Source: Spirochaetaceae bacterium (GTDB taxonomy: Bacteria > Spirochaetota > Spirochaetia > DSM-27196 > PWMO01). Taken from it: a stretch of 64,000 nucleotides of DNA. Below the pieces are notes generated by a model. The model was not told the DNA's origin. It searched no databases and worked only from the letters and a program-made list of their open reading frames with translations. Positions 54,117 through 62,338 of the stretch are shown in pieces. Position 1 is the stretch's first letter. Each line of letters starts with the position of its first letter. The DNA is taken from assembly GCA_007693325.1 (NCBI GenBank), contig REDW01000090.1, forward strand, positions 32,504-96,503. Direction: 5' to 3'. A program made the position numbers and the translations under genes.

Positions 54117-54887
54117 ATGTTTGTCGAACAACGGCTGGAACAGTTGCTGCAAGCGCTCAGTAGCGCTGGATCGCTCACGGTAGAACAGGCGGTAGAACTG
54201 GCCGACGTATCGGCGGACACCGTGCGTCGTGACTTCAACCGGCTTGCCGAACGCGGGCTGGCGGTGCGCACCCACGGCGGGATCATGAGCCGCGACGGCT
54301 ACGTCCACGACTCGCCGATTCGAGAGCGCAAAGTGCAGCGCGCGGCGGAGAAAGCCGCTATCGCGCGCGCGGCAGCTGCTCTGGTGGTGGACAACGAGAC
54401 CATCGCCCTCGATGGCGGAACTACCACCTTCGGCGTGATCGAGCATCTGAGAGCGGATCTGACGCTGACGGTGATTACCTATTCGCTGGACGCGGCAATT
54501 GAGGTTGCACGGCGTCCCAACATGAGCGCCATCGTGCTGGGGGGGCTTGTGCGCGAGCCAACGCTCAGCGTGGTTGGACCCGATGCAATGGCGATGGTGG
54601 GTAACTTCCATGCGAACACGCTTCTGCTGGGCGCCAACGGCGTGAGTCTCGAGCTGGGTCTGATGACACCTAATCGCATGGAGGCTCAACTCAAGACCGC
54701 ACTGATCGGCATCTCGGACCGCGTGGTGCTGTTGGCGGATTCATCCAAGATCCATAAGCGTGCGCTGGTTACCTTTGGCAGTTTGCAGGCGGTGACAACG
54801 CTGGTAACCGACGCGGGCGCCGATCCGTCTTTCCTGGAACAACTGAGGCAGAGCGGAATCGAAGTCATTATTGCACAACAGGAGTGA
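54117..54887 (+). CDS. DeoR/GlpR family transcriptional regulator
   Basis: N-terminal HTH (VEQAVELADVSADTVRRDFNRL) and a DeoR C-terminal sensor domain. Confidence 0.9.
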   Translation: MFVEQRLEQLLQALSSAGSLTVEQAVELADVSADTVRRDFNRLAERGLAVRTHGGIMSRDGYVHDSPIRERKVQRAAEKAAIARAAAALVVDNETIALDGGTTTFGVIEHLRADLTLTVITYSLDAAIEVARRPNMSAIVLGGLVREPTLSVVGPDAMAMVGNFHANTLLLGANGVSLELGLMTPNRMEAQLKTALIGISDRVVLLADSSKIHKRALVTFGSLQAVTTLVTDAGADPSFLEQLRQSGIEVIIAQQE

Positions 54888-54891
54888 GACG

Positions 54892-56133
54892 ATGCAAGAG
54901 ACGCAGAGACACAGCCGTGAGGCCGACCACCGCCGGGATGCCAACCGCGGTCCGCAGGCGGTGCAGTTTGGCGCCGGCAATATCGGGCGCGGGTTCATGG
55001 GGCAACTGCTGCACGAGGCAGGCTACCACATCACCTTCATAGACGCGGCGGTTGATCTGGTGACAGCGCTGGAGGCCGAAGGGCGCTACCCGCTGCGCGT
55101 GCTGGATGCAGAACAGGGCGCGGCGCAGGACCTGGTGATAGATAACTTCAGCGCGGTTCTCGTAACTGACCGGGCGCGTACCGACGCGGCAATTGCCGCT
55201 GCCGACGTAGTATTCACCGCGGTGGGGGTGCGTTACCTGGGGGAGATCGCGCCGGTGCTGGTTTCCGGGCTGCGCGCGCGCCGCGCCATGGATGCCCCGC
55301 CGCTGGACGTCTACCTGTGCGAAAATCTGCTGGATGCCGCAGGACAACTCTGCAACGCAGTGTCTGCACTAATCAGCGAAGACGAGCGCGGCTGGCTGCA
55401 GCGGCGCGTCGGGTTTGTGGGCACCTCGGTGGCGCGCATGGTGCCGGTGCTGCCGAGCGAGCTGCGCGCCGGGCAGCCGCTGCTGGTTGTGGCGGATGGT
55501 TATCACAAGTTGCCCTACGATGCTGCTGCGCGCCGCGCGCCGCAGCCGCCGATCGACGGTATGTACGCGGTACCCGACTTTGCCGCCGAAGGCGAACGCA
55601 AGCTTTTCATCTACAACATGGCGCACGCGGCGCTGGCCTACCTGGGCCACCAGCTCGGCCTGCAGTACGTGCACCAGACCTTTGATGATGCCGCTGCTAT
55701 GCAACTGTTCCGCGGCGCTCTCGATGAGGCGTGTGCCGGTCTGGCTGCCGCACGACCTGGAGTCTTCAGCGCCGATCAACTGGCTGAGACCCGCGCCGAC
55801 ATCCTGCTGCGATTTGCCAATCCGATGCTGCAGGACACCATAGACCGCGTCGGCCGTGACCCGATCCGTAAGTTGGGCAGATCCGATCGACTTGTAGGCT
55901 GCGCTCTGATGTGTCTGCGCGGCGGAGTCCGGCCGCATAACATCACCGCAATTTGCGCTGCGGCGCTGCGCTACGACCGCGCCGGTGATCCGGACGCCGA
56001 GCGTTTGCAGACAATGATCCGCGACCGCGGCCCCGCGCAAGCGCTGGCCGGGGTCTCCGGGCTCGACCCCTCCGGCGATCCAGACCGCAAGTTGATCAGC
56101 ATGGTGATGAAGCACTATGATCTCGGCGCGTGA
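54892..56133 (+). CDS. mannitol-1-phosphate 5-dehydrogenase / mannitol dehydrogenase family protein
   Basis: N-terminal VQFGAGNIGRGFMGQLL typical of MtlD-type enzymes. Confidence 0.7.
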   Translation: MQETQRHSREADHRRDANRGPQAVQFGAGNIGRGFMGQLLHEAGYHITFIDAAVDLVTALEAEGRYPLRVLDAEQGAAQDLVIDNFSAVLVTDRARTDAAIAAADVVFTAVGVRYLGEIAPVLVSGLRARRAMDAPPLDVYLCENLLDAAGQLCNAVSALISEDERGWLQRRVGFVGTSVARMVPVLPSELRAGQPLLVVADGYHKLPYDAAARRAPQPPIDGMYAVPDFAAEGERKLFIYNMAHAALAYLGHQLGLQYVHQTFDDAAAMQLFRGALDEACAGLAAARPGVFSADQLAETRADILLRFANPMLQDTIDRVGRDPIRKLGRSDRLVGCALMCLRGGVRPHNITAICAAALRYDRAGDPDAERLQTMIRDRGPAQALAGVSGLDPSGDPDRKLISMVMKHYDLGA

Positions 56134-56746
56134 GGCACTGCAGCGGCTGCAGGCGGGTAACGAGCGCTTTGTGGTGCACCGGTCCGAGCACGATACTTTG
56201 ACCAGCGTAGAGCGCCGGCTCACGCTGACGGCTGCTCAGGAACCTTTTGCGGTAATTCTGGGATGCTCGGATTCACGCGTGCCGGCCGAAATTGTCTTCG
56301 ACCAGGGACTCGGTGATCTGTTTGTGATCCGCGTTGCCGGAAACATCGTTGCATCGTCGCAGATCGGCAGCGTTGAGTTTGCCGTGGAGGTGTTCGGCAC
56401 ACCGCTGGTTGTGGTCCTGGGACACACCGGTTGCGGTGCGGTGAACGCTACAGTAGACCAGCTCGAGCAACCCGAGCGCGAGCAATCGCCAAATCTGCGT
56501 TCGATAGTTGACCGAATTCGTCCTGCGGTTGAGCCGTTGCTGGAATCCGGACTGCGCTATGGTCGCTCTGAACTGGTGCGCCGGGCAATCCGCGCCAATA
56601 TCCGCGCTTCGGTCGATCAGCTTCGCGGCGGCTCAGCCATCCTGCAGCGGCACGTAGAGCACCATGGATTGCGTGTGATCGGAGCCGAGTACTCGCTGGA
56701 TTCCGGCAGGATCGATTTCTTCGAAGGCGTTGACCGGCTCGATTGA
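56117..56746 (+). CDS. beta-class carbonic anhydrase
   Basis: CSDSR and GHTGCGAV zinc-ligand motifs and an N-terminal LQAGNERF. It overlaps the upstream gene by 17 nt. Confidence 0.85.
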   Translation: MISAREALQRLQAGNERFVVHRSEHDTLTSVERRLTLTAAQEPFAVILGCSDSRVPAEIVFDQGLGDLFVIRVAGNIVASSQIGSVEFAVEVFGTPLVVVLGHTGCGAVNATVDQLEQPEREQSPNLRSIVDRIRPAVEPLLESGLRYGRSELVRRAIRANIRASVDQLRGGSAILQRHVEHHGLRVIGAEYSLDSGRIDFFEGVDRLD

Positions 56747-56773
56747 ACCGGCCGAAGCGCCGGCAGCGTGCGC

Positions 56774-58579
56774 CTACAGCAGCGCGCCGATCTGCGCTAT
56801 GGCGCCGCCGAGCAGGAAGGCGGTGCCGGTGGTCAGCAGTAGCATGCCGATGGCGGTGCGCACGCCGAATTCACGGCCCAGCGTAGCAACAACTGCAATG
56901 CACGGCACGTAGAACAGCCCTACGGTAGCGCCCACAAAGAGCTGCAGCTGGGTCAGCGGCATATCGAGCAGCGGCAGCACCGTCAGCTCGCGGCGCACCA
57001 CACCCAGCAGCAGCGGCACTGCGGCTTGCTGCGGCAGGCGCAGCCATCCGGTTACCAGCGGCGCCAGCAGCACCCCGATCTGCGCCAGCAGACCGCTCTC
57101 GTAGAGCAGCGCCGCCACACCAACGGCCGCCACCATCGGCAGGGCTCCATCCGTGAGGTAGTTCCTGGCGCGCGCCAGCAGTTTCTGCAGCATTACCGCC
57201 GGACGCGGCATCAGCAGCTCGGGAAGCTCAAACACCAGCTGCGACCGCTCGCCGGGGAGCAGGCGGTCTGTGATCAGTCCGGCAATGATCATCACCAGAA
57301 ACGAGAGACCAAACAGCGCCGCCACCAGCCACACACTGGATTCAGCCAGCAGCGCGAACAGCGCTCCGGTCTGCGATATGCACGGAACAGCCAACGAAAT
57401 CAGCGTAGCCACAATCAGCCGTTCACGGCGTGAGCCCATCGCGCGGGTGGACAAAATACCGGGAATCGCGCAGCCGTAGCCGAGCAACAGCGAGATGCTG
57501 TGCGATCCTCTCAGACCGATCTTTGACAGCAGTCCATCGAGCAGCACTGCAAACCGCGGCAGGTAGCCGGAGTCCTCCAGCAGGCTGATCGCCAGGTAGA
57601 AGGAGAGCACGTACGGTAGTACCAGGGTGAACGGCCACTCGATACCCTTGATCAGCAGTCCGTACTCGCCAATCAGAATGTTCTGAAACAGGCCGGGCCC
57701 AATCGCACGCGTGACCGCAGCAGTCAGGAGCGGGAAGAGGTAACCGCGCGCGATCGGCAGCAGCAGCAGCTGGCGCATACCCATCCCCAGCCCCACAATC
57801 AGGCCGAACGCCAGTGCAAGAACCAGTACCGCTACCACCAGCCCCGGCCACGGGCGAACCAGGGCTTCGGAGTCAAATCGGCGCCGGCTGCCGCGCCGCA
57901 GAGATACGCGGCGCCGCCGAGCGGTTTGTGACACCGCCGGCGCCGTGTGGACCGCTTGAGCGATCTCTTCGGCCAGCGGCCACAGGCCGGCTGTCTCGGT
58001 TGTCGCTGCAGTGTGCAGAGTTCCGGCGGCCGCTGACCCTTCGGCGGGTGCCGGTTTGCGCAGCGTCTGCGCAACAAGCTGGTGCAGCTGCGCAAACCCC
58101 TGGCCGGTGACGGCAACCGTGGGCGCCACCGCAACACCCAGCAGGCGCGACAGCTCTGCGGCATCGACCGCTATTCCCCTGGCGGCGGCTACGTCGATGC
58201 GGTTCAGCACCACCACGGTGGGCTGTTGCCTTGCCAGCACCTGCAGCACCAGGTAGACGCTGCTTTCCAGGTTGACCGCATCGGCTACCGCGATTACCAG
58301 GTCAACCGGGCGCGACAGCATCTCGATTGCTACGCGTTCGGCTTCGTTAGTAGCCGACAGCGTGTAGGTTCCGGGCACATCAACCAGCGTGGCTTCGAAT
58401 TCGCCAATGCGGCCAATACCGCGTGCAAACTCCACGGTGGTGCCCGCGTAGTTGGCAACCGATACGTCCATGCCGGTGAGCCGGTTGAAGATGACACTCT
58501 TGCCGACGTTTGGAGCTCCGATCAACAGGATCTCGCAGGCGCCGGTGTCTGTGATGCCAGATCGGGCGTGACAGCGCAT
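56774..58579 (-). CDS. feoB: ferrous iron transporter FeoB
   Basis: N-terminal G domain (GAPNVGKS, DVPGTYTL, NRID) followed by a polytopic gate/nucleoside-recognition membrane domain. Confidence 0.9.
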   Translation of the reverse strand: MRCHARSGITDTGACEILLIGAPNVGKSVIFNRLTGMDVSVANYAGTTVEFARGIGRIGEFEATLVDVPGTYTLSATNEAERVAIEMLSRPVDLVIAVADAVNLESSVYLVLQVLARQQPTVVVLNRIDVAAARGIAVDAAELSRLLGVAVAPTVAVTGQGFAQLHQLVAQTLRKPAPAEGSAAAGTLHTAATTETAGLWPLAEEIAQAVHTAPAVSQTARRRRVSLRRGSRRRFDSEALVRPWPGLVVAVLVLALAFGLIVGLGMGMRQLLLLPIARGYLFPLLTAAVTRAIGPGLFQNILIGEYGLLIKGIEWPFTLVLPYVLSFYLAISLLEDSGYLPRFAVLLDGLLSKIGLRGSHSISLLLGYGCAIPGILSTRAMGSRRERLIVATLISLAVPCISQTGALFALLAESSVWLVAALFGLSFLVMIIAGLITDRLLPGERSQLVFELPELLMPRPAVMLQKLLARARNYLTDGALPMVAAVGVAALLYESGLLAQIGVLLAPLVTGWLRLPQQAAVPLLLGVVRRELTVLPLLDMPLTQLQLFVGATVGLFYVPCIAVVATLGREFGVRTAIGMLLLTTGTAFLLGGAIAQIGALL

Positions 58580-60309
58580 CAGGAGCTTTCAGACAGCGGT
58601 GTGATTCCAATCTGCGATGCTATAGAGCGTTCCAGAGCAACCTGGCGTCCGCCGATTGAGCAGATGACCGGGCCGCCCCACGGCTGGCAGGCCACCAGGC
58701 TGCAGGTCTTACCGGGGCGCAATCCCAGCGCGGCGAGCGCCGGGAGGTCCGGTGCGTGCGAGATGGTCCCGTGTTGCCGCGGGGCGAGGTCACACAGCAT
58801 GCACTGGGTGCACCCGCTGGTGGCAATATCGTTGGCGGAGACAAAGTCTTCGGGTTTTCTGAGCATTACCAGTTCCTTGTGGGCCGCTATTCTGATGACC
58901 GTACCTGCCTGCCGCAGGCCGAGTTCGCCGGGCGTCACACGCCGGTAGGCACCGCACAACGCACCGCGTGGATTGCGGTAGACTACGCGCGTGTCCGCGT
59001 CGGCGGTCTCCAGGATGCGTTGCAGTACCGTTTCTCTTGGCTGCACGTGCAATGCAACCACCACCGCATCGTAGCCATGGTACGATAAGGCCAGTCCGTT
59101 ATCGTGCAGCAGGGTAATCGCGCCGGCACCGCTGTTGCGCGGAGCCTGGCGTCTGAGTGCCTCTCGGGCGGTCAGCAGCGCTTGCTGGTTACAGTCAACC
59201 GCGGTTACGTTACAGCCGCGCCGTGCCAGACCCAATGCGGTCATCGGGTATGGACCGGAACCCAGCACCAACACGCGCGACCCGGGTGTGAGCCTGGCCA
59301 GGCGGTGTTCTGCGGCGATCATTCCGCGGTAGAAGACAGCCGTATAGATCCATCCCCAGGCGCGACAGCGTGCAGCAAATCTCTCGAGCCGCACCACGGC
59401 GCGCAGGAAGAAAGAATAAATCCACGACATGGGTACGCTCCTTGACGTAATGCCGCTGCGTGGCCGGCCGTCCCGGTTTGCCGCCAGCGTCAGCGCGGCG
59501 GCGCTCGAGAGAAGCAACGGCCACCAGAAAGTGATGACTCGCGACAGCAGCGTCACAGCGGCGGCTTCACCGGCGCCGATTCCTGATGCTATCAGGATTC
59601 CAGCCATTCCCACCTCGTAGCTACCCAGGCCGCCGGGGGTAATCGGCAGTAGACCCAGCGCGTAGGCGCCAAAGGTTGCGGCTACAATTGCCGCCGGCGA
59701 CACGCTCACGCCGCTAATGCGTGCGGCCAGTGCGACCTTGAGCGGGTAGAGCGCCCAGATCAGCACCGCCAAGACCAGCAGTACGGCCACCAGCCGGCCT
59801 GGTAGATAGGCTCTGCCGGGGCCGGACATAGTGCGATAGAGCAGCGCAAGTGCGACACTAACCGCTGCCAGCGCTGCAATGACCACTGCGCCACCAGCGG
59901 CCGGAGCGATGCCGAGCAGACCGCCGACAGCGGCACCTCCGGTTATTACCGCAGCAATCGGGACCACCAGCAGCAATGCCACGAGCATCAGCAGCTTGTG
60001 CAGCGCCATGGCTCCAACCAGCCGCGCGGAGCTCAAGCCAAAACGTTGCCGAAACAGCAGCACTCGCGTTGCCTCGCCGCCCAGCTTGGCTGACGGTGTA
60101 ATGGACTCTATCAGACTGCCGCCGAGATAACGCAACATGACCGATTTCCACCCCACCGCAACTTCGCCGGACTTGATCCCGCGCAGCAGCAATGTCCACT
60201 GCAGCCCGATGAGACCGAGAGACAACGTCTGTAACAGCAGCAGCCCGGTCACCGCGAGCCACGATAGCTGCGACAGGCATGCCAGAGCTGCGGCAAGTTC
60301 GGCTTTCAC
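58579..60309 (-). CDS. three-domain fusion: MprF-flippase-like (UPF0104) membrane domain, nicotianamine-synthase-like domain, FeoA domain
   Basis: aa 1-275 are polytopic with ITPGGLGSYEVG. aa 285-495 carry VLVLGSGPYPMTALGLA, VTAVDCNQQA and YDAVVVALHV. aa 500-572 carry CTQCMLC plus the FeoA-like LAALGLRPGKTCSLVACQPWGGPVICSIGGRQVALERSIASQIGI. The stop overlaps the feoB start (TGATG). Confidence 0.65.
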   Translation of the reverse strand: MKAELAAALACLSQLSWLAVTGLLLLQTLSLGLIGLQWTLLLRGIKSGEVAVGWKSVMLRYLGGSLIESITPSAKLGGEATRVLLFRQRFGLSSARLVGAMALHKLLMLVALLLVVPIAAVITGGAAVGGLLGIAPAAGGAVVIAALAAVSVALALLYRTMSGPGRAYLPGRLVAVLLVLAVLIWALYPLKVALAARISGVSVSPAAIVAATFGAYALGLLPITPGGLGSYEVGMAGILIASGIGAGEAAAVTLLSRVITFWWPLLLSSAAALTLAANRDGRPRSGITSRSVPMSWIYSFFLRAVVRLERFAARCRAWGWIYTAVFYRGMIAAEHRLARLTPGSRVLVLGSGPYPMTALGLARRGCNVTAVDCNQQALLTAREALRRQAPRNSGAGAITLLHDNGLALSYHGYDAVVVALHVQPRETVLQRILETADADTRVVYRNPRGALCGAYRRVTPGELGLRQAGTVIRIAAHKELVMLRKPEDFVSANDIATSGCTQCMLCDLAPRQHGTISHAPDLPALAALGLRPGKTCSLVACQPWGGPVICSIGGRQVALERSIASQIGITPLSESS

Positions 60310-60941
60310 GCTGTTCTCCTGCCTATTCCCTTATGCGCCACCGCTTTGCAGAGTACCGAGCGGTTGAAGGTCGGCATGCGGTGACGGGTTTCGGCAACGG
60401 CCGCCCCGGCTGCGGCGAAAACGCCGTATTCGTGTTCCAGGCCGGGGCGCGCCAGGCGAAAAACCGCGCGGCCGTTCGGCTGCAACAGGCAGCGCTGAAG
60501 GTTGTCCCAGATGGCGTCCTTGGGTGCAGCCTGCAGCGCCACCAGTGCCACAGTTGCAACCGGCAAGCGGTCAACGGCGGCGTCTGCGGTTATAACCGTG
60601 ATGCGGTGCGACAGACCCAGGCAGCTCACCAGCTCGCGCGCCTGCGCGGCGGCAGCGGCGTCGACATCCACCGCGATTACCCGCGCCCCGCTCTGCCGGG
60701 CTGCGAGTACCGCGCTGAACGGCAGAGTACCACAGCCGATACTGAGTACTGTGTCGCGCTGATCCACCGCGGCGAGCTGTAGCTCGCGCGCAACAAGCGC
60801 CCGGTAAGGAAGCGCATAGAGCGCAAAAAACCATGGTCGAACGGCGAATCGCCGTTCCAGCGACGCAACCAGTGGCTTGATCATGCTCATGCAGAGTTCC
60901 GCGAGCCGGAGCAGTGCGAAACAATCGGGCATGAGCGGCAC
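60306..60941 (-). CDS. nicotianamine-synthase-like / atypical SAM-dependent transferase (paralogue of the fusion's middle domain)
   Basis: Motifs SIGCGTLPFSAVLAA, VIAVDVDAAAAAQARELV and RITVITADA. The stop overlaps the next start. The start codon is uncertain (GTG 60941, ATG 60932, ATG 60890/60884). Confidence 0.55.
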   Translation of the reverse strand: MPLMPDCFALLRLAELCMSMIKPLVASLERRFAVRPWFFALYALPYRALVARELQLAAVDQRDTVLSIGCGTLPFSAVLAARQSGARVIAVDVDAAAAAQARELVSCLGLSHRITVITADAAVDRLPVATVALVALQAAPKDAIWDNLQRCLLQPNGRAVFRLARPGLEHEYGVFAAAGAAVAETRHRMPTFNRSVLCKAVAHKGIGRRTA

Positions 60942-61084
60942 GCTGCCGTAACCGCCGCAGCGTGGCTGCAGCGCATGCCCGGGCTACCGTGGTGCAGAAA
61001 ACAGAGCATGTGCCCCAAGAGTGTCAGCGGTCCTCGTAACGCAGCCCACACAATGGCTCTCCTCAAAGTTTTAGGCTTACCTAA

Positions 61085-61113
61085 CTTTTAACGCGCGAAC
61101 GAGGACTTGTCAA
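61085..61113 (-). promoter_or_regulatory. sigma70-like promoter TTGACA-N17-TAAAAG for the NAS-like/fusion/feoB operon
   Basis: Read on the minus strand in the AT-rich spacer. The -35 overlaps an ATACTTGA motif copy. Confidence 0.35.
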
Positions 61114-61165
61114 GTATTCAATAGAAAATTATCGAAAAGTGTTAGTGGTGATGTCGGGGGGCGGC

Positions 61166-61951
61166 TCAGGAGAACCGAAAGATCACTCCCAGGCCGAGTA
61201 ACCAGCTGCGGATCTTCTTATCGTAGTCTCCGTGGGCAGGGTCATCCTGCACGTCCTCGGAGGTACTCCAGATACGCGTGCGGCGAGCAACCGTGGCGTC
61301 CAGCTTGACAACAGGCGAGAGGTGATAGAGCACGTTCAGGTAGGGACCGTGACCGTAGAGCAAGGTCTCCGCAAAGTTAAGCGGTACGTAGAACTCATAG
61401 TTGGCAGCAATATTGAGAAGCGGCTCGCGGTCAACAACCCAGAACCAGGTCAGCCCCGGCCGCAGGTTCAGCCACTGCTGCTGGTTGAAGGTGTTGTAGA
61501 AATAGCGGTTCTTAAGCATCAAGACCCAAGTCTCACCGGGCAGCATCTCCAACAGAAAGCGCGGCGAGACGTCGGCAAAGAACACGTGTTCTGTGCGCGA
61601 GTCAGTGTTCTTCCACTCGAAGCTGTCGTTTGTGGCGACCCAGTCGTCATCGTGACGGGCCCCCTGCTGCACACGGTAGAATCCGCCGACCTTGAGGTTG
61701 CGGTGCAGACGGTAGTAGCTGCCCAGTGTCAGCGAACGGTAGAGCACATCGAACTGGTCTTCGGCGCGCCCGTCGACGCTGATCATCGGCTCCCACTCCC
61801 CGAAGCGCCAGAAACCACGCACATGTGTTTCAAATTCGATCCTGGAGTCCGGTGCCGACGGCACGTGGCGGTCGGCCGGAAGCGTCACGGTCACATTGAG
61901 CAGTACTAGCAGCGCCAGCAGCACCATCATCGATTTGGCAAACTTGAACAT
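61166..61951 (-). CDS. predicted outer-membrane beta-barrel protein (possibly DUF2490-like)
   Basis: GGGAGG RBS 5 nt upstream, a signal/anchor sequence, alternating beta-strand pattern rich in Y/F/R/N, and a C-terminal ..VIFRFS. Confidence 0.55.
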   Translation of the reverse strand: MFKFAKSMMVLLALLVLLNVTVTLPADRHVPSAPDSRIEFETHVRGFWRFGEWEPMISVDGRAEDQFDVLYRSLTLGSYYRLHRNLKVGGFYRVQQGARHDDDWVATNDSFEWKNTDSRTEHVFFADVSPRFLLEMLPGETWVLMLKNRYFYNTFNQQQWLNLRPGLTWFWVVDREPLLNIAANYEFYVPLNFAETLLYGHGPYLNVLYHLSPVVKLDATVARRTRIWSTSEDVQDDPAHGDYDKKIRSWLLGLGVIFRFS

Positions 61952-62155
61952 GATAGCCTCCCGGTAGGCGCGGAATCAGCACGTGCTGAATGGTGGGCAG
62001 CACGCGCCGCGCAACCCATTGCTTAGCGTTTATGTCCACAATAGCATCAAGTATGCTGTGTGCTTTGTCAAGCGCTCCAGCCTCCGCTTCGGCCTCCGGC
62101 GCCGGGTGGAGCAGCGCGGGCCGAAAACGTGGCTCTACGCGCGAACCCTACGCAT

Positions 62156-62198
62156 CATACTTGAAAAATGGAAGACAGTCTTCCATTTTTCAAGTATG
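62156..62198. terminator. 43-nt perfect palindrome with a bidirectional-terminator core (AAAAA-TGGAAGAC-a-GTCTTCCA-TTTTT)
   Basis: CATACTTGAAAAATGGAAGAC a GTCTTCCATTTTTCAAGTATG has 21-nt arms with no mismatch. It lies downstream of the FucI-like gene. Confidence 0.55.
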
Positions 62199-62296
62199 AA
62201 ACCGAGGCGAGTGGCATTCCGACTGATTCAGTGGCTTTTGGTGCGCTTCTTCGTGCCCGGTCATCCTTGTGCCCGAGCAGCTCCTGCGGCTCAGGC

Positions 62297-62326
62297 CCGG
62301 CGCGGGCCCGAGGAGACCCGCGCCGG
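62297..62326 (-). terminator. GC hairpin CCGGCGCGGG-N10-CCCGCGCCGG immediately after the FucI-like stop
   Basis: Perfect 10-bp stem with no U-tract. It may be an mRNA-stabilising or REP-like hairpin rather than a terminator. Confidence 0.3.
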
Positions 62327-62338
62327 CAGAACGGCGGG

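Noticed and set aside
61118-61140. Fur box in the promoter of the NAS-like/Feo operon
   Set aside because: The best alignment of GATAATTTTCTATTGAATA (minus strand) to the 19-bp Fur consensus GATAATGATAATCATTATC gives only about 9 of 19 matches. The resemblance is mainly A/T richness, so I do not report it as a site.
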